This document shows, in pieces, positions 1 through 14,656 of a stretch of DNA of 64,000 nt (its first letter is position 1; each line of letters opens with the position of its first letter). The stretch lies in contig JAHLWZ010000579.1 in the NCBI GenBank assembly GCA_020536535.1, positions 62,001-126,000 of the forward strand, in the 5' to 3' direction. The notes under the pieces were generated by a model that was not told the DNA's origin, ran no database searches, and saw only the letters and a list, made by a program, of their open reading frames with translations. Made by a program: the position numbers and the translations under genes. This DNA comes from Pelomyxa schiedti (Eukaryota; Protista; Evosea).

Positions 1-2590
1 CCACAAAAGTAACTGGTCCCTTTCGGAATTAGCATTATTAATCATCCCTATTGGCAGGACAAACCATAACTGCTGAGATGTAATCAGAAGGTGGTTCCTG
101 CTGCGTGATTTTGGATTTCTCTAAACTCCACACCCGGTGGTGTGGATTGAGCACCACGGTTTCGATCCAGCCAGTTGGTAAAGTCTAGTTCAGGGTAAGT
201 GCGTTAAATAATGAGAGTTATGGTTCACTTTGATAATATCAATAGTGAACGTCAATGCTTTAGTGGTTGCTTCTGTGTCGCACACTATGAGTGAGGGGGT
301 GGGATAAAGCGAGTGTAGCTGGAAGCAGTGGGAATGTTCTGATGACTGTTTTGTGCAAATGGCAAGGCAGTCACTGAAAAGAAGAAGTACAACTGGAATT
401 GTAACGCTCAAACCAACCTGCCAACATAGTTATTTTCACATTAGCTGTGACAGGGAAAAAACATCATGGTTTTGCATTAGAAGCATCTCTCCTTGTTTAA
501 ACATTCGACGGGCAGGATTATTGGGAATTGATTCGTGTCTGTTGCGGGTGGATATAGATTGAACAAACAGCATGGCAGAATAAAATTCCTCTGCGCGTTG
601 GGCATCCACAACAAGTCCAGCAAGGCTGTCGAGCGCTTGCTTTCCCTAAAACCGTTGTAAAGAGGAAGGAACGGTTACTTTCATTTTACCTGTCGGCAGC
701 TATCAGGGAAGACTTGCCCAGGAGAAGGTAGAAGGTACCTCTAACTTGAACTTAGTTTTTAAGGGGAAAGAATGGCATACTTTTTTGTATAGTTTTCCGT
801 AGTCGATGGAAGCACATCGCCCAATATCGGAGGCAACAAGTAATTCAAATTGGGCTGTTAAAACATCGATGAGCTGCGGAAGTCTCCGGACACTTATTCC
901 AAGCATGTCCCATATCTGATCCTGATAAGAGATTTTACGTAGTAACCAAACTATTACCGTAAGTTTATTGGCTTGAGGGTCTTCAGTTTTAGAATCAACA
1001 AGAGCAGCTATTTTTAGGTTGTTCTGCATAAGAGTGGAAAGCTTCATGATAAAGATCATCTGTCCTCCTATGTACTTCTTGTATGCAACAAAAAGATTTG
1101 GAAATAGTGCATAGTTCTAGGGAAGAGGTCACAGGCTGAAGAAAGTAATAAAAACAAACAGCTGCAAGTGGTTGAGCTAACAATCTTCTATCACGCAAGT
1201 GAACCACAAATTGTGACTGTGCGTCAATTAGCTGTTTCAAATCAGCGAGAGCATCAGGGAACAGACTACTAGGGGGTGACGCAGGTGTAGTATTTGGCGT
1301 AGTGGGAGACGATTCAAGTGAAATCAGGGAAAGTAAAGGCTGTAGATACACGTCTCTAAGTTGATCTATTTTTAAATGAACATTATATCTACTTCAGGCT
1401 GGCTTTACTAAGAATTTTGAGAAAGGTTTCCTCTCCTTCAATTATAGATTCCTCAAGATTTTCCAGAGTACTTCGATACGCCTGAGAGTGGTGTGAAGCT
1501 CCACAGAAAATAGTATTGAAGAGTACATATTGGTGTCGCCTTGGTGATGTCATAGAGATTTCTTTGGCTCGTGTACTGACTGCTGCAGTATCGCAGAATT
1601 CTGACTTATCAGCGCGAGAATCTCTTCGATGCCTGCATTACAATCACTTACTTTCAGGCGCATGAGAGAAACATGCCTATGAGGCAATTCGGGAGGTATT
1701 TCAGTTTTGTCACCATGGGAGTCTCGGCGGTGTTTTGTTGGAAGGTTTCCTGTTGGACGCCTTGTGTGATGAGGCAATTTAGTTTCACCGATATTTGACT
1801 GAGCTTCAGAGGGTAAGGACTGTGCCGTGTCCTCAGTGGAATTATGAGGCACGTGATCAGGTGAAACACGAGGTGATGGCTCTTCTATTAGGTGAGGTGA
1901 GGGGCTTGTGGATGACGATCGTTGGAGACAAGATGCAGAAATGGCTACATTGCAGCGGGAGAGGAGAGAAGAATCTGAATAGGAAGCAATTATGTGTGCA
2001 GGTACAAGTGAGTCCTGGTTGTTATCAGGTGTGTCAAGTGGGGATTCCGGATCATCCTGTTCAGTGGCGTTTGTTGTTATACTAGTGGATTCCTCGGTGT
2101 AATTATCACTCTGTTCCTAGTTGAGAAAGATCATGTTAAAGTGAAAAGAGATTATAACATGATGTGAAGTCTGGTCAAAATCGGCACTGAAACTTTCAGA
2201 CGAGTCAATGGGATCAAAATGTCTTGGTACTGATCCGCGGTGTCTGTGGCGGGCAGGAATTGGTGGTGCAATATTCTGTTCCACGGGCAGGGCATCCAAG
2301 GGTTCCTCCTGTGCCGGTTCGGTGGCGACAGGCTCCTCCGCTGCCGGTTCTTCCGTTTCCGGCTCTTCCACTGGCGATTCCTCTGCCCCCGGCTCCTCTG
2401 CTGCCGGCTCTTCTGTTGTCTCTTCTGTTGTCTCCTCTGTTGCATTAGGCTCCTCTTGTGGTTCTTCCCACGTCTCTGTTTCTGGCTCAGGGTCTCCCTG
2501 TTCCCCTTGTTCTACGGAGGGAGTTTCTGACTGTTCCCTGTCATCGGTTTCAATTGGCGGCGATGAGGATGGGCTAGACGATTGACTCAT
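1..2590 (-). CDS. Multi-exon protein with acidic Glu/Pro-rich N-terminus and probable divergent RhoGEF DH-PH module; 3' end runs off the window
   Basis: ATG at 2590 (MSQSSSPSSS..EEPAAEEP). Later exons give YLQPL..., ISVRRLPQLIDVL...DYGKL (DH-like: PVQRIPRYxLLL...DY) and VVLLLFSDCLAICTK (typical of the PH domain after DH). Similarity judged by eye. Confidence 0.5.
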
Positions 2591-3775
2591 GTCGTTGCAG
2601 TGTTAACACAGATCCGCGTGTAAAACAGCGAATGAAACACGGTGCGTCACGCAAGCACAGCTGGGTAGGTAAGTTGGGTTTTTTTTGTTGGTGTGGTGTA
2701 ATATGGAGGATCTAGATCTTCCGGTGTACAATCGGACTACGAACGAGGTGTTTTCTTGCGGAACCCAGCAACACCCTTTTTTTTCTTTCTTTTTTGGCTG
2801 ATCAACGGGCTTTGTTTTTTCGCTTTTCACCGGGCACTTTTCGTTTCCTTTGATCTCGATTTATTCGAACAAAAAAGAATCTCTCCGATCTATGGTGGGC
2901 GACATTAGTCCCCTGGCGTTATTTGCATGTGTATTGGGCTTAAGATCTTCTCCCCTTGAAATCTCCCCCCCAATCGCCAGACGAAGTTCGCGAAGAACCA
3001 GCGAATGTGGTGAAATTCGGCTCGAGTGTGATCCTGTATTTGTCCAGAATTATACAGTGACCACCAGACACGATTTCCCCCTTTTTTGGTGGCTGATTTT
3101 CTGGCCACGATCCACTTCTTTCGTAGCCTTCAAACTGTTTTTTTTATTTGGTGTTAGGGGGAGCTGTTCATTTGCTTCTTTTTGTGTGTGAGTGTGTTGC
3201 ATACTTCAAGAAGCCTTGTCGTATTGTTATATGTGCCCCTGACCCATTCGGTCTCCCTTTCTCTACATGAGTCAACAAACCATTGTATCTCCCCTTTTGT
3301 TTTTGTTGTTGGTTAACAAATTTTACATCACTGGTTAGGGGTATCACCATCGACAGTCAAGTCGTCGCCAGTTCCTTGTATGAAACGAAGGAATGCCGTG
3401 AAAGGGCACCTGGAGCTCCCCTCTCGCGTCCACTCCCCAACCAGTACAAGCTTCTAAAGAACAAATACCCATGGTAATGACAGTTACGACGAAATGCGAA
3501 TTGTGGGTAAAGAGAAAACTACCTCGTCAACAGCCGGCAAACCGTCCCCTCGCCTCAACATTCTTTTTAGACCCGAAGTCTACTCAAGGAAACAATCGCG
3601 TTTCGTTCATGTGAAATCCTCCCTTCTACATGTGCCAAAGGTTGTTGTGGCAAGCAATCTGGAGTTTGACAAGATGACCGGGTCTGTCATTGGAATTAAA
3701 AAATCCAGCGGAGGGTATTCAAGTCCACAAAGTTCAAGAGATCTTTCATTCCGAACATTTATCGGCCCAAGGAAA

Positions 3776-5464
<1,689 letters not shown>

Positions 5465-5563
5465 TCATCCCACTTTCAGAGGTGGGGAAAAAGCACAAAA
5501 CAAAAAAAAATAATTTTTCTCGTTTATACTACAATCACAGAATAAATAGTGGTGGCGTCATAT

Positions 5564-6912
5564 TCACAGTGCCTGTGATAGGACGTTGTTGAACAGCCAT
5601 AGTGTTGGCTTGATGATCATTGTCTCCAGACTTGGCTTGGAAGTGCGTGAAAAGAGAAGCAAGTTCTCTCCCACTTTAACGTGGCCAGAGGTCACTGCAT
5701 CAAAGAGATTTGAGGGAAGACCGCAGCAGCCTTTGTCAGTGAGCTCTAGTTGAGGCTCGTACAGACGGCTTACTGGAATCCCTGCATTCTGCGTGGGTTA
5801 GTTTTTTGTTGGTGGAAGAGGGAGGCATATATGATACCTTGCAGAAGAGGGACGGTGCCCAGTCAATTGGAGAGTGTGAAACTGCGGAGGCGATTCTATC
5901 CCCAGTAATATTGGTTTGTGTGTAAATCTTATTGAATATTCGCTGGCAGCTTTTTGTCGTGCACTCTCCGAGAGCATGGAAAACCGGGTCATCAAGAATC
6001 TCTATAGAAGGGCTGGAATCCCTGCTCAGTACAGGGCTGTATGTAATGGGCCGAGGGCTAAGTCCTCTGGAGGGACTGGAATTCGGACTGGGTATTCTGA
6101 CTTCATTGACTGTAGAATATGGGACTGTTGTTAGCAAAGGCCATAACAAAGGGAATGGCATACAGTTTTCCGATGTCCAACCAATCATGCCGCATTCAGG
6201 CTCTGCAACGCAGATCATTGCAGCCACAGCGCAGTCAGCAGAATTAGGCTGTGATGGATCGGCACTATGAGACGCTGCGATAATTATCCGGCGATATGAA
6301 CCAGAAGCCACCATGTTGGTTGCGGTGAGGAGTTTAGTAAGAAACGATGATGAAGTGTTTCCTATATTCACAGTGCTTTGCATCATATTTAGCCTATCAT
6401 GAAGGGAACTCTCTGCCAGAGGGAGGAAGACAACCCTACAATGAGCTGCTGTACAAAGGAATAAGCTCGCTACCTTGAGTCTGGGTTCCAATGATCAAAT
6501 CAACATCAGTTTTTTGTGTGTCTCCAGAAGCAAGTAACATACAGACAGCCATTGCTTCAGCATCTTGCCCTGTCATTCTCTTCCCATCTATGGAGTTGGG
6601 ATCCAGAGGAAACCTCCTTCCCACAACCTAATTAATTACCTATCAGAAGGGTTCGTAAACTATCAACAACAAACCTGTGTGGAGTCTGGAAGAAAGATGA
6701 CTGAACCAGGCCATGTCAAAGTTCTTTCGATGTGATGAGCATATTCCACAGGCAGTCTGGTGCCTCTGTATACGCGAATAAGAGCCCTAGAAAAAAAAAA
6801 AAGGAATATACCGAATTTCCTCTGCAATGATTGGTGCCAGTGACTGTGGGAGGGACTGGCCAGGATGGTACACAGAGAGACCAACCAAACCGATAGAAGG
6901 AGATTGCAACAT
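5564..6912 (-). CDS. Thiolase-fold, 3-oxoacyl-ACP synthase III (FabH/KAS III)-like protein with altered catalytic residues
   Basis: Spliced model: MLQSPSIGLVGLSVYHPG...GRRFPL...DVDLIIGTQT...NIGNTSSSFLTKLLTATNMVASGSYRRIIIAAS...ADCAVAAMI...IASAVSHSP...AGIPVSRL...TDKGCCGLPSNLFDAVTSGHVKVGENLLLF follows the FabH motif order. Confidence 0.7.
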
Positions 6913-7225
6913 GGCTATTGTATGCTTGCTTTCTTGGTTTGTTGGGGTGTTTGTTGGTTGTTGTGTTTCTTTCTTTTATATTACAGTAACACCCTGGCTT
7001 GAAAAAACCGGAATTTTAGTAAAATCGACAATCGAAATTACGTTCCGCCGTGTTCATTATGCGAAACACACATTCTTAGATGTGTGCCTGGTTTTTTCCT
7101 GGTTCTTCTTTTTTGGCCAACAAGGGAAAAAGCTCGGAACAATTTACAGACCTTCAGGTGAATAGATAGAACATTTTATGGTTTTCTGCAACCTGCCGCG
7201 AATGGGTTGGGCTGGTTGTCCCGAG

Positions 7226-7401
7226 TCACGGCGGTTGTTGTGTTGCAGTCGGCTGTGTAGTTACGGGATTGTCAGACAGGGCCCTATGATGGTGCCTGGG
7301 ATTGGGCTGTTGCGGAGACAGTCCGTTGTTGGTGGTGTGGTTGTTGTCCAGAGCCATATGAGCCCCGTGATGGTGTGCGTGTTGTTGCAGTTGGTTGTTG
7401 C

Positions 7402-7438
<37 letters not shown>

Positions 7439-10400
7439 GCCCGTGCCCGTGCCCGTGCCCGTGCCCGTGCCCGTGCCTGTGCCTGTGGCGAACGAGGAGG
7501 GGGGCATGCCTGGGGACCCAGGCTTGGCGCTGGCGTGGCGGGCTCTGGGGGGGTGGTCCGCTGGGTGGACAGCGGGGCTCCCTGGGGGGTCCAGCGGGGG
7601 TGGCGGCGCGAACTCCCCGGTGTGGGGCCGGCGTTGCGGGGGGGCTCTTTGGTGCCTGTTGCTGTTGCCGCTGCCGCTGCTGTTGCTGTTGCTGGGGTTC
7701 TGTACAGGGGTGGGTGTGGGTGTCTGTGTGCTGCCGCCGTCCGCGGAGGGCGGCGGCTGGTGCCGAGAATTAATTACAGAGTCGGGGGGTGTTGTTTTCA
7801 CAGAGGCCCGCTTGGGGCCCTCGGCGGTGCCGTTCCCTTCCAGCGGCTGGGAGGGGCTTTCTTGCCCTTTTGTTGGGGATAAGGCCGCAGCGGTGGGGTC
7901 CCGCTGCAACTCGGGGGGGCCTCTTGCCGGAACTTTGTGTGGCTTCGCGGCATGAGGGGGCCTGCTGTTGATGGGTGCCATTTGTGGGGTGTGGTGTTGT
8001 GAGTGGTACTGTGGAGAGGTATTATCTGGCGGGGGGTTCTCACTTGGTGGGGAAATTGGGTCACTGAAGGATGGCGGTTCATCTGAGGGAGGGTCAATGC
8101 ACGACGGTGAAGGTGGTGAGTCTGGGTTTTGAGTACGAACTTTTCTGGGCTGTTTGATATTTTCGGGTGAAGATGCTGCGGAGGAAGGTGATTTATGGGG
8201 GGTTGAAGGGTTGTTGTTGGAAGGGTGCATTGGCGGAGTGGAGGGTGTCATAGCTTCGGTTTTTGCGTGTGCTCTTCGACTTAGCTCCAATTGTACTTTT
8301 TGTTCCTGGTAATGTCAATGTGGAAAACGATTCACTGGTCAAGGTACATGGTGCAATTTGTCAATATCTAATCGAACAGTGCTGGCTTGGTTTTTCAGTC
8401 TTTCTACTTCAAGTTCTTTTTTTAGCCTTTCAATTTCGAGATCCTTGAGAAAATGAGTGTTCATTATGCTCCTTCCAATACCTTGGAATGCACAGTCGCT
8501 CGAAGCTGGTCCAATTCAATACGATTCAACAAAGCAGTTTGCTTTATCTCTGCTCGCAGTAGTTGAACAAGTTTGTCCAGTGGTACACTTTGGGTACCAC
8601 GACCACTGATATCAGGACTTGTTGCACTTTCTACTGGTGTTGCAGAAGTCAAGCAGCCTGGTGAATTGCTACTTGGAGGCTGGTGAGATAATGCAGCATT
8701 ACTGGAAGCTGTTTCGGGTTCCAGCTCAGAGCATCTATTTCCGACCTTCTGAGCTTCGATAACTGCTGGGTACCTACACCACATTAGGTTCTTTCACGTA
8801 CTTTCCATAGCATACAATGAACTCCAGTTGGTTAATAAAAGTTTGACAACGGTGACACAGGGATCACTTTCGGCAAAGACTAGTGTTGGGTTCATAGACT
8901 GGATCTTTGGCCTAGTTTAAGTATATAACGATGATGGATACAGGTTGTTTAGTGGCATTCAGTTTACACTGGTGTTGAATGGGAGGGAAAAAAAGAGAAA
9001 AAAGTACCTCATTAAGCATGGATAAAATACAGAGGCGAGATTATCAAAACCCATTCTATTACGAGCTTTGTGGGCGTCGACCTATCATATAAAGAACATT
9101 TTAGTTGCTAGATATAGTAACGAACTAAACCTTGGCTAAAAATGTAAATAGATGATTCAGAAGATTAAGGTGATGATCAGGGAGTGTTGCCAATGTTGCT
9201 ATAAGTTCAGTGAAAGCTTTTTGCTTGTCTTCAATAGCAGAAACTTGCTTAAATCGATTATAGCAAACATAGGTGAGAAGAGGTTCTGGAAGGTCACGTA
9301 GATATCTACCATTATCAGAAAGAGGGGATTGTGGTCTCCCTTACCTTTTCAATAAGGAAGGAGCCAAATGGGGTTCATCTGTAGATAGTTCTACTGGAAC
9401 TCGGTGGTCGTATTTTGCCATGGCCTCTTTATTTTGGAGGTAGTCACCACTTAACCGGAATATCTGGAGAGTGGTAGCATGAAGTGCTGGAGTGAAGGGT
9501 GCTTACCCCTTCAACATCAAGAAGCTTTTCTTCAATGAATTGCGTTGTATGAAGAACTACATGAGGGATATCTTTCCCATCGGCCTCCAAGACCTCTTGC
9601 AGACTTCTACCAAATACCTTGCTTAAATGACTTACAGGACAAATAAAAAAAGTAGAGATACTTTTTTTGTTCCCATCGCAGTTTCCATATTCTTGACATA
9701 GTGAGATAATAAAAAATCGAAGACACCAAAGCCTGTGAAACCATAAGACATACATAGTTTAAGGAAAGTGGCTTATTTACAATTCAGAATTGCCTTGTTG
9801 TTCATTGCTCTTTCTTTGAAAACATTGAGTGGAATCTCTGACTCGTTGGCAGCATATATCTATTGGAATTAGGTTGTCAAAGAAGGTAATACAGAAGAGT
9901 ACTTTAGTGGCAAGAGCTTCTCGCAAAGAAATGAATTCATCCTACATTGTGTTAAAAAAAAAGAAAAGAAAAATGAAAGATAATATTTCTGTTGAGTCGA
10001 GGACAATTTTTGTGTGTGTATTTCTACCTGCCTTTTGGAACACCCCGCCAGCAACTTTCAACAAAAAATTCCCTACTTCCGTTACGACAGTTTTTACTTC
10101 ATCTTTGCTGACTTGCTGGTCTTCATTAAGATCGAAAAGGCGAAAGGTCATATCAAGCTGGTCATCAAGAGTCCCTCGGGTAACTACGCAAAGAAATAGT
10201 TAGGAAGAGAAACAAAAGTCTGAAAATGAAGTAGGAAGGGTACTTATGTTGAGGGCAAGAGCAAATTCAAAGTAGTCAATGGTTCCATCCCGCTTTTTGT
10301 CAAGTACACGAAATGTGTGAGTGAATAAAAACTCACTACGCATGTACGGAAATAGAGTACGGGCTTCCTCTTTAGATATAAACCTGTAAATTATATTCAA

Positions 10401-10953
10401 TAAAATAAAAAAAAAAAACAGAGAAGCCAATGGGAAATAGAAATGAAGCCCTTTTAGCAAGATAGGAAGTTAGCAATGAATACCCAGAAGGGGCCGCGAG
10501 CATAAAGCTGTCCCATAAGTACCTCATCTCGTCCTTGCTGAATGCCATGGGAATCCCCTCAGGTTGCTCCGCATGGGCCTTTCCCTTTTGCCCGCCGATG
10601 CCGCCAACTGCGCCGACACCGCCACTTCCCGATGATGGGACCTGCTCCAAAACGAGGCAGAACGGCACGAGGGCCGTCTCGAAGGCCTTCTCACGCTTCG
10701 ATGTCAAGGCGTCGGGTTGACCGACGTTGGTATTAGATCCGAGGCTAAAAGAACCTCCTCTGAGGCTGCTTAGTTTCCCGAACGACATCGACATGGCACG
10801 GGCCACCCTGACGCCGCCAGGATTATGGGAGTGGCTGCTCGCGCTGGTGCTTGTCGCACTTGTAGTAGATGACGGCGCAGACGTGGAGGGAACAGACCCA
10901 TAAGTCGCTGCGCCACCGCTGGTGGTGATGGACGTTGATGGCTGTTGCCCCAT
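7226..10953 (-). CDS. N-myristoylated NCS/frequenin-like EF-hand domain fused to RhoGAP, coiled coil and long Pro/His/Gln-rich tail
   Basis: MGQQPS (MGxxxS); FSKDEMRYLWDSFMLAAPSG; EF-hands DKKRDGTIDYFEF and DLNEDQQVSKDEV with TRGTLDDQLDMTFRLF; RhoGAP VFGRSL..IPHVV..EG|IFRLSG (Arg finger), LPEPLLT, NRMGFDNLASVF; last exon is ORF 7226..8290. Confidence 0.85.
7402..7486. repeat. Coding hexanucleotide microsatellite (GTGCCY)n encoding a Thr-Gly dipeptide run on the minus strand
   Basis: tgcctgtgcctg...gtgcccgtgccc...gtgcct, about 14 units; reads TGTGTG... in ORF 7226..8290. Confidence 0.95.
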
Positions 10954-11268
10954 TTCGTTCGACCAAATGGTCGGGGAAAAACGTTTTTCACAGAAGTGAG
11001 TGTTTTTCTTGCACTTGAAAAATGATCAATTCATTGGGTGGCGTTCACCCATTTATTGACAATAAATACTAGTTGTGTGGTGACATTCCACTGGTTTTGT
11101 ACAGGGCAAAGGGATGGACTTAAGGGGTCATTCAGGTTGCCATCAGTAGTTGTAGGGGAGGTGCACATGCCGAAGGACATGTTTGTTTTCACAAAGGAGC
11201 GGTAAGCTGGGATGAAGAGTTCATCCAGTTGTGATTGTAGCGGGGGTGGTTGTGGTTGTGCTTGTCCT

Positions 11269-12016
11269 TCACATAATACTACACCTTGACTTGATGAAGT
11301 GCCGTTTGTAAGACAGCAAGAATTGTAACTGCTTGTTGTTTATTGCCCCTGGTCGCCGTGCTCTCACAAAGGAAATTGCCTCGTCCGGAGCCAGGCCATT
11401 CTCAATCAAAGCAACAGCAACTAAAGTGGGAGCTCTAATCTTGAGTGAACATTCAAGGAAAAACCTAATATTGTATGTACCTTCCAAGTCCAGTGACACA
11501 GTGCACTGCTATTGTTTGTGAAGGCTCCCCATGGTTGAAAATGCTTGTAACAAGTTCCATCCATTTTCCCAGGACTTCTGCTGGTGGGTTGCACCCGTTT
11601 GGAAAATCAAATTTCTGCATTAACAGTTAAGGAAAAAAAAAAAAAGAAGGAAATGGAAAGAGTGTACATGGACAGTGAAGCCAAGTTCAGCCATATGTCT
11701 GGTACTGTAGGTTTTTTCACACACCCGCACAATATGTGTAATATTATGTGCTTTGAACTCCTTGAATTAAGTTAGGCCACACGTGAAACAAGTGAATCCT
11801 TACATCTGCATAGGCTGCTAATAGCCCCTCAGATGGTGCATCGCATATCAAAAACGACAGAGAAGCAGTTTCTATCAAGGTGCTCTGATGAGGTCTCCTC
11901 AAAAGACCGCTTTGGACTGATGAATGAGAAATGATTGTTTGCCCAGCTGACACAGCCACCCCACCAATAGATCTCACACCCGTCCCCACGTGCATCGTCT
12001 CCACCTCTGCTCTCAT
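11269..12016 (-). CDS. PTP4A: PRL/PTP4A-family prenylated protein tyrosine phosphatase
   Basis: FLICDAPS, IAVHCVTGLGR|APTLVAVALIENG, EAISFVRARRPGAINNKQLQFL, C-terminal CaaX CSIM. The start could be the second Met. Confidence 0.93.
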
Positions 12017-12367
12017 CCTTGTCCTTGCAGTTTGTGATTTATTTTTTTATTGTGATAAACCCTCTTCTCGTTTTTTATCAAGTACTGGCCGGGAAACTGT
12101 TTCTTCTTTTTCTTTGACAAGTTGGTCACTACTCGCCTGGCATTTTCTGCCGGGAAAATCGCTGTCCAGATTGCGAGGCTCAACATGAGCCCCTGAGATC
12201 CGGACAAAGTGCACACCAACAACGCATCATCGAGCGTGGATTTGCGTCGTTCGGCGGTCCCAGGAGTTCGAGATTGGGAGTCAGGGGACTGAGGCGGGAA
12301 AAATGATGGATCAGCCAATTGCCGATTTCCAGGAAAGCGATCACCGGCCGTTTGAGTTAACAAAAAG

Positions 12368-14656
12368 ATGAGCGGCGGCGATGAAGCGATAAGAAAAGCC
12401 GTTCACGGTGTGCAATACCTCGTAGGTATGCATGGCATCCCATAAGTGTGTTCTCCGCAGTGAAGTAAGTTTTCGTAGGATTGCAAGTGGGATCTCGAGT
12501 GCTTAGTTTCGTTTTAAACGTTGCCATAACTCGATTTGTTAGCCAAGAAGTCTTTGGGGTATGTATTTTATTTTTTTTTTTTTTTTTTTGCCTCTCCATT
12601 CTCCTTTTCCTGTACTTACAAAATTGTAGGTTTTTAGTTTACAACACCAGCTGCTTCTATCATTGGTCCTTTTCTTAAGTAGAGAAGGTGTACGCCGAGC
12701 GTGCCTTCGTGTTTCTTCTTCTCAAGCACCACCTGCTGTGTAAGAATCCGTATATCAGCCATATATCAACTCTAACCAAACCTCTAGACAAATGAAACAG
12801 GTTGTAAATTTGGCCTGGCTTGCTGTTCCCTTGGGTAAGAGGATTTGGGTTACAAACATTTCTCTTTAACCGATACTCACAGGTCTCATCATCATGCCCT
12901 GTGTTTGCTTTTCCTTTGTTGTGAGAGCAACTGAAGAAGAACTGTCCCTTCCCCACTATTACACCTCGATTTGGTTATATGGTACACTTGCATCGAATTT
13001 AAATCTTTTCTTATTTTTCGTTCCCCCTCGGAATGCAGGTGTTGGGGCTTTGTTGGAATTGCTTAGTGAACCTATGTACTGTGTTGGTCAGCACCTTTTA
13101 AACTACAAGGCGAGAATGTATGTGGAAACTATAGGCGTTCTGGCAAGATGTATTTTCACTTATATTTTGGCAGTGCATTTCCAGGTGTGGCAGTGCAATT
13201 TCCCCTAAACCATGAACCAACTTTCTTTTTCTTCAGCTTGGACTGTTGTCATTTGCCTTTGCCCAAATGCTTTATGGCATTGTTCTGGTAGTGGGCTATT
13301 ATGTCTATTTGGTGTGGTTTGCTCCCCATGCAACTGCTACACGGTTCTCTTTTATGCCACATCTGCTTCCTGGGCGGAGGTAACTACTTCTCACTTGGAT
13401 GTATTGCTAATTTTCGGATATAAGCTACGTGAGTTACTCACTATTGCACTACACTGCCGTTTTCACATGGCAATCTTTACAAAAACTTGTTCTCACTGAG
13501 GGTGATAAGCTTGTATTGTGGTTATCTGAGTCCCTCGTCAACCAAAGTATCTTCTCGGTTGTCAACAATTTAGGTTTGCCAATTTAAGAATACCTCACTT
13601 TTGCTCAATGTACCTTTTGTCTCTGAAAATAGGATCCCTTGTGGCCCGGTTTTTGTTTCAGCCTGTGGAAGAAGTCTGCGCTAATTTATTTGCACGGCTT
13701 GCTTCTGCTGGTTGTGTCTACTTGATTTAGGAACGATTGCTAACTTCTCTTAGATGATCAAGCCAACATCCAGAAAGCTTATCGGGTGTTGAGACTATTG
13801 TTACGGCTTATGATTGTAACAGGTACCTGCAATTCGGGATTTATCTCTCATAATGATGTGCTTTACTTTAAGGGCTCTTTTTCACCTGTTTTGGGCCAAA
13901 TTACAGTCACACCCTAATTGATATCCTATATACTTCAAAATACTCGATGACGGCGGCTCCAATGGTTCTTGCTTGGTATTGCTTTTATGTGTTAGTCATT
14001 GCCGTAAATGGTTTGCCCCACTTCCCCTCTTCTTACTCCAACATGGAAATTAGGTGTGACTGAGGCTTTTGTACATAACGTTGCAACGCAACATCAGCTA
14101 CGCCAGCTGAATTTTTGGTTGATAGCTTTTTCAGTTTTTTACGTGGTGCTCGCAGTTTTCCTGGTTCGTATCTGTGGAGCTGGAACGGTTGGCCTTGTTT
14201 GGGCCAATTGTGCAAACATGCTAATGAGAATTTCATTTGCATACTGGTTCATCAGAAACTTCTTCCAAGTACTTTTTTTTTTTTTTTGTTTTGTATATTG
14301 GCAACAGAATTAACCCAAATAAACAACAGAAACACAACATTTTACCTCCACTCTCTGTGAGAAGTGTACTCCCTCATCGCAGAGTTTGCATTGCCTTTGC
14401 TTGTGCATTTGTAACCACCTATGCACTTGGAAAGGCTATTCTTCCCATACCCCCTACGCAATCACTGCCAGCGTTGGCCCTTCACACTGGTGTTGGGGCT
14501 GTATTTGCTGGAATTGTAATGCTCACATTGTAAGCTTCTATTCCCCCCCTCCCATTCAATCACATGCACCACCACTAAAACCCCCTCCCATTCAATAGGT
14601 ATTTATATGAAATGCCACTTCTGATGGAAGTCTATGACCTATGGCGGTCTCACTAA
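12368..14656 (+). CDS. RFT1: RFT1 (Man5GlcNAc2-PP-dolichol translocation protein)
   Basis: LQVGSRVLSFVLN, LFLSREGVRRACLR, ELLSEPMY, KLVLTEGDK, NNLGSLVARFLFQPVEE, AVNGVTEAFV, GLVWANCANMLMRI; stop 14654-14656. Confidence 0.95.

Noticed and set aside
3494-3775. Upstream ATG extending DHS by 94 aa
   Set aside because: DHS similarity begins just after Met 3776; the extension looks like promoter/UTR sequence, though it cannot be excluded without transcripts.
7402-7486. Repeat array as CRISPR or telomeric seed
   Set aside because: Simple tandem hexamer with no spacers, in frame within a coding exon.
7178-7955. Plus-strand ORFs with ACAC/ARAR, CLCP and PVPV repeats
   Set aside because: Shadow frames of the hexamer microsatellite in the GC-rich last exon of the minus-strand RhoGAP gene.
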